Origin: the human T2T-CHM13v2.0 reference genome, Homo sapiens
Reading direction: 5' to 3' (one strand)
Length of the DNA: 64,000 nucleotides
Assembly: GCF_009914755.1 (NCBI RefSeq)
Contig: NC_060926.1
Part shown: piece after piece, positions 11,980 through 29,699 of the stretch
Layout: every line of letters starts with the position of its first letter
How positions within the stretch are numbered: position 1 is the stretch's first letter
Notes under the pieces: model-generated
What the model was told of the DNA's origin: nothing
Seen by the model: only the letters and a program-made list of their open reading frames with translations
The model's database searches: none
Position numbers and translations under genes: made by a program

Positions 11980-14900
11980 TATTATTGTTATTGTTACAAT
12001 AACCTTATGACCTATTCTCAAGCTCAGTTTAGTCCTTTTCCCCTGCCTTCTGAAATCCAGGGACTCACATTGCATCCAAGTTCGAGTCTTACCCATTGAA
12101 TTAGATAAAAGGTATCACTGACATTCACATTATTCTTTCTCAGTCATATTCTGTTCCTGTTAGAGAAAATGGCATATGTCTTGACCCTGAAACTTGAGTT
12201 GTAAAATTGGGTTGTAGAATTGAGGGTCAGTTTTGAGGTGGTAACTTGGCTGCACGAACAGTTCTCACATGTACGAGAAGTGCAGTTTACATATGTGTTA
12301 GTTTCCAGAATTTGCTCATAAGCTTAAATTTACATCCAGGAATCATAAAAACTACCCAGAAAATCTCTTAGGAAGGTGCTGTGTTGGAGACGGATAAACC
12401 ATCTCTCAGTACGTCCTGCATAACCAATGTTTTTTTCCCATAAGAAAGCATGACTGTTTCTTCAAGAATATACCAGTTGAAGGAACTTGATTGTATTAGG
12501 AGCCCTCATGTATGAAAGACACAGATTTTTAAGCATGAAAATGTCACTCAATGTAGTAAGTTCATCCTGAGAGACAGCTGGGAACTGGGTATATTCAGAC
12601 CTCTTGTCTCTTGTGCATGCTTAAGTTTGCTCTTATTGATTGGTGTGATAAGGGGAACTACAGCATTTTGAAAATTTTGCTGCTTCCTCTCTTCCCTGAT
12701 AACACAGTATAGAATTTCCCTAAGTTAAATCCCTATTGGGTTGGCTCCTAGCAAGTGTGGGACCTAGGACAGAAGTAGAAAAGAAGGCACACATACCTTA
12801 AATCAAATATTGAAAAGTTAGACATCAAAACCACCATCAAGTAAAATATATTATTCTATATATTCCATGTAGGAATAGACAAAGTCTATTCCTTGCCAAA
12901 TACACCTTCATATACCTGAGTTCAAATGTAGAATTCTCAGATTTCTTGCAGCTCCATGCTGAAACATGGCTTCACCTCTGGCTTGCCCCTCTTCCCTTCT
13001 CAGTGCTAGCTCCCTGTCCCCTTGTGATTCCCTTGCATTCAGTGAGGGCCCTTTCATGCCCAAACGTGGGCATCCTATCCCATGTATCTAAGCTATGTCC
13101 ATACCCATTAGAAATACCTGCCATTGAGTGGAGGCACCCCCATTGAGGGGGTGCCTCCGGTGGTGGGGAAGTGCCTGTATATGTCCTGGAGGTAGGCTTT
13201 GGGCTGCTTATTTTAGGGAAGCACATCCATTTGGCCCTGTGAACTCCTTGTCTGATGGGGAGGGTTGTGGCTGGAGCAGGGCCAGAGCAGAGGTCCTATG
13301 GTTCCTGCAAGCTAAATTCAAGTAATTTACATCTGCAAATGATGTATCTCCATGGTGTAACCTGGCTTGTTAAAGAAAGCTAAGACACAAAAGCAAAAGG
13401 TGGTGATGTTTTAAAAGCTCATAGTTGTTCTCTTACTTAAAATTGTATTCTTACTACGTCATACTTAGAAATTTTTAGACAGTTGCGATATTAGGATTGG
13501 CTTATTTCTATGCCTCTTTTATTCTTTTATTTGGCTCCTGCTTGAGTCGTAATATTGTCTCAGAGAAAAACAATTCACCTCTAGGTAATTAAGAATAGAT
13601 CATAAGAGCTACCAATCAAGGCCCATTGCAAGTGATTGTATACACTCTGGTTTTGGACACGGGAACAGTCCTACATTCTTGCTTTGTGGGTTTCAGTTTC
13701 CAGAAGCATTATAGAAAGCAACTGAAGAGGGCAATAATAGAGGCAACAGATTACTCATACATAAAGCCCATAACCACCTGTGGTCTAGATTTCTGAGTAT
13801 ACATATCTCATATCCATGTCAAATATGAACTTGTATGAACTGGAAACTTGACTTAGGTTCATTATAGCTTCTACTGATAGAAAGTTGATTTTCATTTTAT
13901 GACATATAAAATGTATGGGATGAAAAATGCCTGCAGATAGACTGGGAAGTAGAATGTCAGAACCAGGGCCTAATTGTTACCGGCTTAAGCTAGGAGCATA
14001 AAGGCAGGAATGAATATGAAAGATGAGGCTTTTGCTCTGACAGTAGGACATACAGTGGCTTCCTCATTTGTAAAATGAGGGGATGGAGTAAATGTTGTCT
14101 AATGTTGCTCACATTCTAAAGTTTTTAGAGAGACAAAAATAGAGATTTGTTTAAACTATTTAGGTTTGCTCTTACTCACTCTAAAAATGGTTGTGAATTT
14201 ACACAATGTCATTTGCTATGCTAAAATATCTCCCTAGGTAAAGAGGTGAAGAACAGTGAATTAGTCAGCAGGTATAAAATAATACTTTGTTTTAGGGGAA
14301 CTTGACTTAGGTTCATTATAATTTCTACTGACAGAAAGTTGGTTTTCATTTCATGACACATCTAAACTATACAGGATGAGTAACTTATGTGTACTTGCTA
14401 GTTTTGTGAGGTTCTCAATAAAAATGAAATACAGAATGTGAGTAAAATCATGTGACTTTCAAGCAAACCAAGATAAAATGATATTATTGTCATGCCTTTT
14501 ATCCTATTTGGGGATAGGATAAAGAGGAGAAAATTGATCAGATGGAAAAACCTGTCATTTTTAAAAAGCACAGTTTCTATTCTGAATTATGTAAATCTAA
14601 GAAGCTCTCTAACTTTTTAATGCATCGTGTCATAGGAGGCACCCTTTGTACAGTGGTGGAATTTATTTTTGGTCCAAAGGGAACTGTTCCATCAATGAAG
14701 GATGCTGTGACCATCGTGGCATATTTGTGTTGTCCTCCTTCCCCCAGTCCTCTAAGTCTTTAGTCTGATTACCACATGCCCACCTCCCAATTCCATTATT
14801 TTTCTTCCAGGGAAGTTCATTATCTATTTTTCTTTCTTTTTTTTCTATTATCTATTCTTTCTGATGGGTGGAACAAGACTTCTGGCATTCAAACAAAGAG

Positions 14901-16582
14901 CTGAAATCTTTGGCCTAAAAAAGTGGTTAAAAGAGATGACTCAAACTTTTAATATTGAGCAGTTCCCAAGCTTAGTGTCTTTAAAGTAAGAGATTCAGCG
15001 ACAGATCAGTCTTCTGAATGAATCAAGGAAGAGCTGAGTATGATGCAGTAGCTATAGATTTTTGTGTTGTCTGAGGTTCAACTCAGCCCTGCTTTCCTTG
15101 GTTTCCTGGGATTGTAAGGTGACAGTACTATCATCCCATCAATCTGAAATCTCTGCGCTGCCAAAGGGTGGTTGTATCTGCTTATAATAGAGGCATTTCA
15201 TTGCATATGTTTGACACGTGAGTATGGGTTAGGGTGACCTCCAAACAGCCCATTTTTCATTCCAAGGAGGTCTGAGAGATCCTATTGCTGTTTGAATTGC
15301 AAAAGGCAGCAATAGATGGTGATGTGCCTTATTTCAGTTGTTCTCTCTCTGTTTACTGGCTGTCTCTTCCACATCTCTCTGAGAAGCTTGTCAAGAGGTC
15401 AACTACAGTCATGTTTTGTGGCTAACACAGTAGCTTTTCCTCAGGGACTAGGGTGGGGTCAGTTTTGGCAGAGTGTGCAAGCCACAGCTGTCAACCCATA
15501 GCTAAACTGGAAATTGAGCAGAAAAACTATTCTAGAAGATCTCTAATGGTTTGTAAGTGGAAGCTGTAAAAAATGCTGAGTGACTAAAATCTGCCCCTCC
15601 CCCTTTTTTTGATTTGGTGATTTTGGGATGCTAATTTTAACTTTAACCAAAATTTCATAGTAATCACCTTCAGTCCATTGAGTGTTATGTTCAATCTTAT
15701 CTATGTCAAGTGTCTCTATTAGAAAAATTTGAGTGATGATGTTCCAGACTCTTTTGCTGTCACCTCCTGTAAGAAAAAATGTTTTACTTCTTTCTTATTC
15801 TCTGAAAAAGAGCACATCATATAAACTTGTAGAGAATAGAAGGATAAGAGTACATGTTTGTTGGTGAAACATTTTGAAAATATTTCATTTTCTCAGGAAC
15901 CCTGACTGCTGGTGAAGGCCTGCATTTCCTTGGCTATCTTGTTTATTTAAAATTACAAAGTAATTTGGCTTACTAAGAAGACTCTGGCACCTATTTAAGC
16001 CAAGAAGTTGACACCTGGGGAGTTCACTGGGGAGCCACATTATTTAAAGTGGGTTGTTTCTGAGTGAGTGAGTGAGGATGAAAGTGTCTGTATCTTGTGT
16101 TCATTGTCTGGAGTTCACGGTGGTCCTAAGTCAGCAAGGTCGGTAGAGTGTGAAGATCACGTGATGAATCTCATATTACATCTCTTTCCTTCTCTTCTTT
16201 GCCCTCTACTTAGGTCTCCGTAAAAACAACCACAATTTAGTCTCTCTGCCACTTTCTTGGGGGGCATTATGAATTTGCTGGTTTCCTCCTAGAGAGTCCA
16301 AATCTTAGAGCCATTGCTACTCCTGCCCTCAGTTTGTTTTCTTGGGGGAGATTATATGTTGTTCCTCTTCTGTTCTCTTGCATACCTTCTATTTTTATAC
16401 TTTCTTGATATGTAAAAAATTCATTTAGTATTAAAAAGGTATCAGCATGCTTTATTTAATACGAAAAAGGATAACCTAAGAATAACTTGCTGTTTTCTAT
16501 TTCAGTTATGAAAGCAGGCAATCTGTTTTTTGCTTTATGTGTTTTTAAGCTCACTATTGTTTTATTTCTTTTTCCAACCTAG

Positions 16583-16684
16583 GATGGTGATCGAGACATT
16601 TTTATTGATGGGGTTGTTGCTCGTAATAGAGCCTTAAATGGGGATCTGGTGGTCGTGAAACTGCTTCCCGAGGAGCATTGGAAG
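16583..16684 (+). CDS. DIS3L2: DIS3L2 exon 5 (102 nt): [34 protein letters not shown]
   Basis: Acceptor 'tttctttttccaacctag|G', donor AAG|GTGAGT; NRA.xGD.V.V motif of the Dis3/RNase R cold-shock (OB) domain. Confidence 0.97.
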
Positions 16685-17360
16685 GTGAGTTAAGTTTTCC
16701 CTTTCTAATTACAGATTTCTTAGGGTCTTTCACATTCCATGGTGCACCAACAAGGCATCATAAACTGGAGGAGTCACAGACCCCTTAGGCGCTGTGATAA
16801 GATGGGGTGTAATCTTGGAAGCATGCTACCGAATGCTTGGAACTTAGAAGCATCTGCTGGGCAGATTGCTAATTAAATGAGTTCTCCTTGCTCTCTCTCT
16901 AGTGATCCATCCTCCCTGTCACATGCCTTGCACTGGTTTTTGGTATTCTTTTGAATAAATACTGAGGGCCCATTCAAACTTGGTATGTATTATTTTCCTA
17001 CATCCTATGCAGGGAGAACTAGAAAGACAAAGCCATGGAGACAGTGGCAGTCCCCACGCATTTCTGCTGCCTCCAGTGGAAAACCCAGGCAATACATGTG
17101 GAGTTCTGTTGGCCCAGTTTGGTGATTGGGTGCCTTGGCAGATAAAAATAGTTGGTCTGTGTTTTTATAAATCAGGGATTTAGTGGCAGAAGAAAATGTT
17201 TTTAATATGAGAGTATTTTGGGTTTCGGTCTCCATCTATGTCTGTTAATTGGAAAGGAAGATATGGTTTTAGTTTTGATGGTTTTAAATAAAAGTAAGGA
17301 TCAGGCATTGGAATGATGTGTGGTGACAATATCTTTGAATTATCATGTAGGATTGGAGAC

Positions 17361-17568
17361 ATGTATCTAAGTCTGAATTTGTCTTCATATCATTTGTTTT
17401 ATTTGGCTTTTTTGTTTTATTTATTTGAAGAATTTGGTGTCTTCTTCAATAATACGTGTTATAGATGTATCTAAGTCTGAATTTGTCTTCATATCATTTG
17501 TTTTATTTGGCTTTTTTGTTTTATTTATTTGAAGAATTTGGTGTCTTCTTCAATAATACGTGTTATAG
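17361..17568. repeat. Perfect tandem duplication, 2 x 104 bp
   Basis: 17361-17464 is identical to 17465-17568 (atgtatctaagtctg...cgtgttatag). Confidence 0.97.
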
Positions 17569-17569
17569 A

Positions 17570-17815
17570 GTAGTGACTAAAAGTATGGGCTTTTAGGCTA
17601 GGCTACTTAGATTTGAATCTCATCTCTGCCATTCATCTCTATAACTTTGAGTGAATTGTACAACCTTTCTGCTGCAAATGTCTCATCTGTAAAATGGGAA
17701 TAATCATGGTACCTACTTCATAGGTTTGTCATGAAAATTAAATGAGAATACATGTAAAAATTTTAGAATACTGCCTAAAAATCTTAGAATGGCAGGAGCT
17801 CAAGAAATGTTCTTA
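17570..17815 (+). mobile_element. MIR SINE
   Basis: 'tctcatctgtaaaatgggaataatcatggtacctacttcatagg...attaaatgag'. Confidence 0.75.
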
Positions 17816-18322
17816 CTAGCTTTTCCAAAAAAGATGTGATGTGAGGAGTACCATTTTATCTCAGAGCTTTGTTGAGGCATACATTCTTTTTAATCTGATA
17901 CAGCTAAAGTAATTGAGTTATAGCTATATGCCAGGTATTCATAGGGTGTAGGGAATTCAGTAATGAGTAGTATTGACATAGTTCTTGCTCTCATGGAGCT
18001 TATAGTTTAATGGGGAGTACAGGTAGGAAAAGACAGATACTGATCACACTTATACAAATTTAAGTGTAATTTTTATTAGTGCTGTGAAGTGCAGGGTTTC
18101 TTTTTTTTTTTTTTTATATTATACCCTAAATTCTGGGATACATGTGCCGAATGAGCAGGTTTGTTACATAGGTATACATGTGCCATGGTGGTTTGCTGCA
18201 CCCATTAACCCATCATCTATATTAGGTATTTCTTCTAATGCTATCCCTCCCCTTGTCCGCACCCACCGACAAGCCCCATTGTATGTGATGTTCCCCTCAC
18301 TGTGCCCATATGTTCTCATTGT

Positions 18323-22143
<3,821 letters not shown>

Positions 22144-22206
22144 TACGATGCTAGCTGGTTATTTTGCCCATTAGTTGATGCAGTTTCTTCATAGTGTCAA
22201 TGATCT

Positions 22207-23250
22207 TTACATTTTGGTTTGTTTTTTTGCAGTGGCTGGTACCAGTTTTTCCTTTCCATATTTAGTGCTTCCTTCAGGAGCTCTTGTAAGGCAAGCCTGG
22301 TGCTGACAGAATCCCTCAGGATTTGCATGTCTGTAAAGGATTTTATTTCTCCTTCACTTATGAAGCTTTGTTTGGCTGGATATGAATTCTGGGTTGAAAA
22401 TTCTTTTCTTTAAGAATGTTGAATATTGGCCCTCACTCTCTTCTGGCTTGTAGGGTTTCTGCAGAGAGATCCACTGTTAGTCTGATGGGCTTCCCTTTGT
22501 GGGTAACCCAACCTTTCTCTCTGGCTGCCCTTAACATTTTTTCCTAGATTTCAACCTTTTTCCTTAATTTCAACTTTTCCTTCATTTCTGACAATATGTG
22601 TCTTGGGGTTGCCTTTCTCGAGGAGTATCTTTATGATGTTCTCTGTATTTCCTGAATTTGAATGTTGGCCTGTCTTGCTAGGTTGGGGAAGTTCTGGATA
22701 ATATCCTGAAGTGTGTTTTCCAACTTGGTTCCATTCTCCCTGTCACTTTCAGGTACATCAATCAAACGTAGGTTTGGTCTTTTCACATAGTCCCATATTT
22801 CTTGGAGGCTTTGTTAGTTCCTTTTCATTCTTTTTTCTCTAATCTTGTCTTCATGCTTTATTTTATTAAGTTGATCTTCAGTCCCTGATATCCTTTCTTC
22901 TACTCGATCAATTCATCTACTGATACTTGTATATGCTTCACGAAGTTCTCATGCTGTGTTTTTTAGCTCTATCTAGTCATTTATGTTCTTCTCTAAACTG
23001 GTTATTCTAGTGAGCAATTCCTCTAACCTTTTATCAATGTTCTTAGCTTTCTTGCATTGAGTTAGAACATGCTCCTTTAGCTCGGAGGAGTTTGTTATTA
23101 CCCACTTTCTGAAGCCTACTTCTGCCAGTTCGTCAAACTCATTCTCCGTCCAGTTTTGTTCTCTTGCTGGCAAGGAGTCGTGATCCTTTGGAGAGAAGAG
23201 GCATTCTGGTTTTTGGAATTTTCAGCCTTTTTGTACTGGTTTTTCCTCAT
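22207..23250 (-). pseudogene. L1 ORF1 (RNA-binding protein), disrupted
   Basis: ATG at 23250 (MRKNQ..); fragment 22973..23173; premature stops and indels. Confidence 0.85.
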
Positions 23251-26200
23251 CTTTGTGGATTTATTTACCCTTGGTCTTTCCTGTTGGTGACCTTTGGATG
23301 GAGTTTTTGTGTGGTGGTCCTTTTTGTTGATGTTGATGCTATTGCTTTCTGTTTGTTAGTTCTTCTTCTAACAGTCAGGCCCCTCTTCTGCAGGTCTGCT
23401 GGAGTTTGCTGGAGGTCCACTCCAGACCCTGTTTGCTTGGGTATCATCAGTGGAGGCTGCAGAACAGCAAAGATTGCTGCCTCCTCCTTCCTCTGGAAGC
23501 TTCATCCCAGAGAGGCACCCGCCAGATGCCAGCTGGAGCTCTCCTGTATGAGGTGTCTGTTGACCCCTGCTGGGAGGCGTCTCCCTGTCAGGAGGCACAG
23601 GGGTCAGGGACCCACTTGAGGAGGCAATCTGAGGAGGCAATCTGTCCCTTAGCAGAGCTAGAGCGCTGTGCTGGGAGATCTGCTGCTCTCTTCAGAGCTG
23701 GCAGGCAGGAATGTTTAAGTCTGCTGAAGCTGCACCCACATCCGCCCCTTCCCCCAGGTGCTCTGTCCCAGGGAGATGGGAGTTTTACCTATAAGCCCCT
23801 GACTGGGGCTGCTGCCTTTCTTTCAGAGATGCCCTATCCAGAGAGAAGGACTCTAGAGAGGTAGTCTGGCTACAGGGGCTTTGCGGTGCTGCGGTGGGCT
23901 CCGCCCAGCTTGAACTTCCTGGTGGCTTTGTTTACACTGTGAGGGGAAAACCGCCTACTTAAGCCTCAGTAATGGCAGACGCCCCTCCCCACCAAGCTCA
24001 AGTGTCCCAGGTCGACTTCAGACTGCTATGCTGGCAGCAAGAATTTCAAACCAGTGGATCTTAGCTTGCTGGGCTCCATGAGGGTGGGATCCGCTGAGCT
24101 AGACCACTTGGCTCTCTGGCTTCAACCCCTTTTCCAGCGGGGTGAACAGTTCTCTCTCACTGGTATACCAGGAGTCACTGGGGTACGAAAAAAAACTCCT
24201 GCAGCTAGCTCGGTGTCTGCCCAAACGTCTGCCCAGTTTTGTACTTGAAACCCAGGGCCCTTGTGGTATAGGCACCCGAGGGAATCTCCTGGTCTGAGGG
24301 TTGTGAAGACTGTGGGAAAAGCATAATATCTGGGCCAGAGTGCAATGTTCCTCACAGCACAGTCCCTCATGGCTTCCCTTGGCTAGGGGTGGGAGTTCCC
24401 TGACTCCTTGCACTTCCTGGGTGAGGTAACGCCCCACCCTGCTTTGGCTTGCCCTCCGTGGGCTGCACCCACTGGCTAACCAGTCCCAGTGAGATGAACC
24501 AGGTACCTCAGTTGGAAATGCAGAAATCACCAGCCTTCTGCGTTGGTCTCACTGGGAGCTGCAGGCAGAAGCTGTTCCTATTTGACCATTTTGTCTGGGA
24601 ATCCTCTTTTTTCTTTTTGAATTACAGTGAACTTTCCTAGTTCAGATCCACCTCCCAGCTTCATCCCCAGTTGCTGCCAATTGTTGATACAGTGTCTTCC
24701 CTGGATTCCTTGAAAGCATAGCTAAAGGCTGGCTTCATGTTTTAGGTATATAGGTTGATTTAGGTCACTTTGTTTTCTTGAATCTAGCATAGTGTTGACC
24801 AGGTCCAAGAAGATAAGAGAAGTGTATTAGGGCCAGGTCAAACCAAAGGAAACATTCCTAGAGGTCATTTGAGGGAGTAAAGAGGCAGCATTGTAATGAA
24901 GAAGAGCCAAAGAAAGAACAGAAAGATGGTGGCATCTTTTACCCTAAGACATGAGAGTGGTAGAATAGGGAGAAACAGAAGAATGGTTAGCAAGTTGGGT
25001 GGGTGTAGAGCAGACCAGAGCAGGTATAGGTGCTGACTGGTTGTACAGTAGGCATGGAAAGCATACAGTAGAGCACCAGTGGAGCTCTACAGAAGTGGAT
25101 GAGATTGCTTAAAAGAGCAAGGCCAAGTAACCTGGCATCCTTTCTGCCCTTGGACCCAGGCAAGAGATGGCCAAAATAAGCAAACATATGAATAAGTAAG
25201 TCTGTTGCATTGTTTTCCTTGTTTCTCACCCCCTTTATTGATAAGACAGTCAGCACAGCCTTTCCTGTGCTGTTAGAAGTGCTCTTGCTTCAGGCAGGAA
25301 GTCTAAGACGATGGGGTAGATTGTTAACCAAAGCTTGGGGGTAGGTTGAGGGTTAAAGTGTTTGCTGTTGTTGAGGTCTGGAGGAAAGGTTTGGGACTTG
25401 AGCATTCTTGTTTCTGCCTTGGTGCCTTTTTTCTTGGACAAAAATCAGTACCTCTTTTAAAACTGAATACAACAAAGTTGTGTTTCTCCCTAGAGGCCTA
25501 ATTTTATGAATTTCTAGGTCATAAAATTAGCTTAGTGCTACCTACTTCTACAAACTGTTATCTGTTTAACTAGCTCCTACAGAGGGGCTGCTGGCTGCCT
25601 CTGAAGCTTTCAGAAGATTTGAAATGTAGAGGGTAGCCCCGGGTTCCTTATTATTTTGTTTCTGTGGAGCTCCCGAGAGTCTTCACAGTGGCTGCCTGAC
25701 AATTGCTTTTTGTGTTAACGTCAGCCCCATTAGGTACATCTCTCAGGCCTCATTAGTTAGAATATTTCACAGCTTCTTATTCTGAAGTGGGGGAGTTCTG
25801 TTGTCCTTAGCCCACCTGTGATAGTTGTTGGTGACAGGGTCAAAGTAGGGAGAAGAGAATATTCGGACTGTCATCAAGAATCCCTGACGTCTAGAATATA
25901 AACATCTCCAAACATACTGGCCAATTGTCTTACAGGTTTGTTAGTACAAAAGCATATTGTTATCAAAGGAATCTGTAGTCACTAGCGTGAGCCAATGTGG
26001 ATTAATTGGATTATTCATCTTTGCTTCTTTCTGCTTGTCGTGCTCACTCCTCTTGGGTATGTAAACTACAGGGCTTTTGGGGTTTTAGAAAAACAACAGT
26101 TCTTTTCGTTGTAGTAGTAAATAGTCAATTTATTTCACAGCATGATTTTTGGCAAAATAGATAGCTGTATGAGTATCAAGCTGTGAGGCAATAATGAAAA

Positions 26201-29200
26201 ATAATTTACTCTTATATAACTCTTCGAAGTTCAGATTCTTCCACATTTTTACTGTCTCCTTATACTTTTTATTACAGACATCTAATGAAAGATAGTTGAG
26301 GGGCAAATGATAGTTTCTTCCTTTGTCAATTGGAATATTAAGGTACTGTGAGAGTGACTGGTTTGAGGACTGAGAGTTTTTGGCAGAACCAGGGATAGAA
26401 TCCAGATCTCTTGACTTACAGCTTAATATCCTTTTCCTCAGATTTTCAAAGTGGAGATCATGTCCCCAAATGGTTAGGAAGCATTGATCCTGACAGTTCT
26501 GCCTGGAGCAGTTCAAGGTACCCAGTGGCTTCTCATCTACCATTCATCCTGCCCTGTGTTAGATTCTAGAGATACAAACTAGAATAGGTCACAGGCTTTG
26601 CGCTTAAGGAGTTCATAGGCTGGTTGGGAAGAGAATGGAAACAATTATGGTACGGTTTGCAGGATGGAAACAGAAATACCACACTGTTATGGGAGAAACA
26701 AACTCTATTTGAAAGAATTGGGGAAGACTTCATAGAGGTTACATTAGAGCTAAGGTTTAAAGGATGGGAATAGAGAAAGAGAGAGGATTTGTTTTATTTC
26801 AAGATGAGAATGATTTGGCAAGAGAGGATTGTGAAAATTTTAGGTTTCAGGGAGGCATGTATGGATCAAAGCTTTCTCTTCCTGGTATACTATTGGCTGA
26901 GTACAGCAGCCCCTCTACTAACTCTCCCAGACATTGGAAGAAGTAGTGGGCTCCTAACTCTTCTGAGGATCCTGCCCTCAAGGGAAACTGAAAGGGGGAC
27001 CATGGCACCCTTTTACAGAGACTCTTCGAACATTGCTGCCAGCTCAGTAAACTCTTGTTTGCCATTTATTTGATCTTTGCCCTGCTTCTTCCATTCTCTT
27101 TCCCTTTTTTTCATCAAGTTCACCTCCCATAACCATAGCCCATACTTGTCTTTCATCTTTTGGTTAACCATAATGAGTTTATTCTATTATTTTCCTTCTC
27201 TTAATACCCCAATACGGTAAATTACAAATATGCATATATAAACCCTGTGGGTGCTAATAACAACTGCTAACTTACTGGTGCTTACCGTGTACCAGGTACT
27301 GTGTTTAGTGTCTTGTACTATTCTTTTGTATGCTGTTGTCTGTATCCCAATTTTGTGAATGAGAAAACTGGGGCTCGGTTTAAGCCTCTTATTTAGGGCA
27401 CATATAACTAAGGAGTAACAGAGTGGTATTCAGATTTACATCTCCTGGCTTCATGATCATACTGTTATTTGTTATTCCAGAGATATCAAGGAGAGAGTTA
27501 TTTGATCTGTATACAGATATTGTCAGTGTCATAATAATTAGCACACATTTAGAAAATAAAAATATATGCTTCAGCATTAGGTAATAGGTAATATCTTAAG
27601 TTGCCATCATGGATAAACAAGGTGACTATCAGTTGACATAACTAAAAGCTTAGTGTTAGTCTCAGAAAATAAACAATTCAGAAAATATTAGTTAGAATTC
27701 TAGTGGTTGTATCTTAGGACTGGAGAGGTATGATAGGACATTATGGAGACAGGTGTTGAGAATGAGGGAGAACCTTAACAAATACTTGCCCTAGACAGTG
27801 GAGATGACCCAACAATAAAAGTCACATCAGAGTTGCAGCTTGCTGTTCAAGGCAGAGTCAAAGGGGTTACAGACCTAGATGCCATTCCTGACTCAATGGC
27901 AGCAGATCCCAAATTCATAGTATTTGGATGCACAGGTATTCAAAAGGCAGGTAGGCAGTTGTCATATAGGAGGAAGGGGGTCCTACTGGGGCTTTGGGAC
28001 AGGGTGCTAAGTTCAGAAATGTGGGACTGTTTTGTTATAAGCAGAGTGGTAGAAGCAGCCACTGGGCTAGGAGTCAAGGATAGGATTTGATCCTCAAGCT
28101 GGGAGAATTGACTAGAGCCATACTGGGAGCAAAAACCAAAGCAGAGGACCAGCCTTGAGAGCCAGAATTCTGAAACTTTTTTTGGTTGTACCAAAGGAGT
28201 CTTGGGAGCCCAGAATTCAGCTGTGGTATTTTAGTTGATGCAGCCATAGTGATTGGCTCAGAGAAAATAAGAGTAAAAGAGGCTGACAGAGCATATTAAA
28301 ATTACACTCAATCAGCAAAACAATGTGATACAGAACCTAACTAGCAAAAGAGATGGATTTCAAGTGAAACTTTTACTCATTGAAACTGTTAAAAATATAG
28401 TAAGACAGGCAGGAATATGCTTGATACATTGATACCTGTTGGAAACCTATAATGCTAGGGACTCATTTATTTCTCCCACATGTATTTGTGCAGCACCTGC
28501 AGGGTACTGAGAGGATAAAGTGGGAATAAATCAGTCAAGTACTTTGTTAGCAAGTCTAAATTTCTCTCAAGACAGGATTATTTCACTTAACTTACAGCAG
28601 AGCAAAGTCTATACATGATTTAAGGAAGTAGCGTTCAGCAAGGGAATAATAGATGTATAGGTGAGTGTTTCGGAAGAGATTGGCACTGAAAGAAAGAAAT
28701 AACTTGAGTCTGAAAGAATAAAGGAAGTGTTGATAGGAGTGGCTACTCTTGTTCTAAATTAAACAAATGCAGAAATCAAAGTACACATTTAATCCCTAAT
28801 TTTCAATGGTTGTTTCAAACCTTCTTATGGTCACATGAAATTGGTCTAGTACAGTAAAGTGTTTCCTTTGACAACTAACTTTTCCTTCAAGTGATTGTTT
28901 TAAAGTTTTGTGTTCCAAGTTCTTCTTTAAATGTGCACCCATCATACTAGATTATATTTAATCCAATCTCTTATATAACCACTATCATTTTGGATTGTTC
29001 TCAATTCCAGTGGAATTAGAATTTCTTAGAACTGTTTGGTTTCTTGGCCTGCATGGCAGGCCTGAAAAAGACTTGGAAGGTACTCAGTGATGGGAGGGCA
29101 AGATCTTCGGAGCCTCCATCAAGAGTAGTATGGTAGGTAAGGTATATCCACTAACATGATCAGATTTTCCCAAGATTGTTATATACACAGCCTATTTTTA

Positions 29201-29699
29201 ACAGTCATCTTTTTTCTTCATTACTGCCAGCTCTGCATCAAATACTTCAGGTTCTTGCCTGCTTTAAACATGCCCTCAGATCTTTGTAATTCAAGTTGAA
29301 ATGTCTGAAATAAGGAGTGTATTGTTTAAGGATAGAGTAGCTTATTTATGCTGGAAACTCCTAATTAATATTTCAGGGTTATTTTCTAGAAAACTAATTT
29401 ATTTCTCCTTAACCCCATGGAGATGTTTTGGTGAAAACCACATTCATTGTAACGAAAGAGTTAATGTAGGTAAATACTTAGGGCAGTGATGGCACATTCT
29501 AAGTGCTTGAGAGATGTCAGGTATTACTACTATTAGTCTTAGAAATGAGGACCAAGAACATGGTTCAGCCACAACACATGATAATTCAGATTTACTTTTT
29601 CTAGCTCTTGAGTGTACCACATTTACTGACAGAAGACAAAATATTCACATAAAATGTTGGTGTTTTAGTATGTGTTTCTTTGAGTCATCTGCACTGCTG

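Noticed and set aside
23164-24640. Several 60-150 aa ORFs
   Set aside because: GC-rich L1 5'UTR sequence; only the ORF0-like part is kept as a finding
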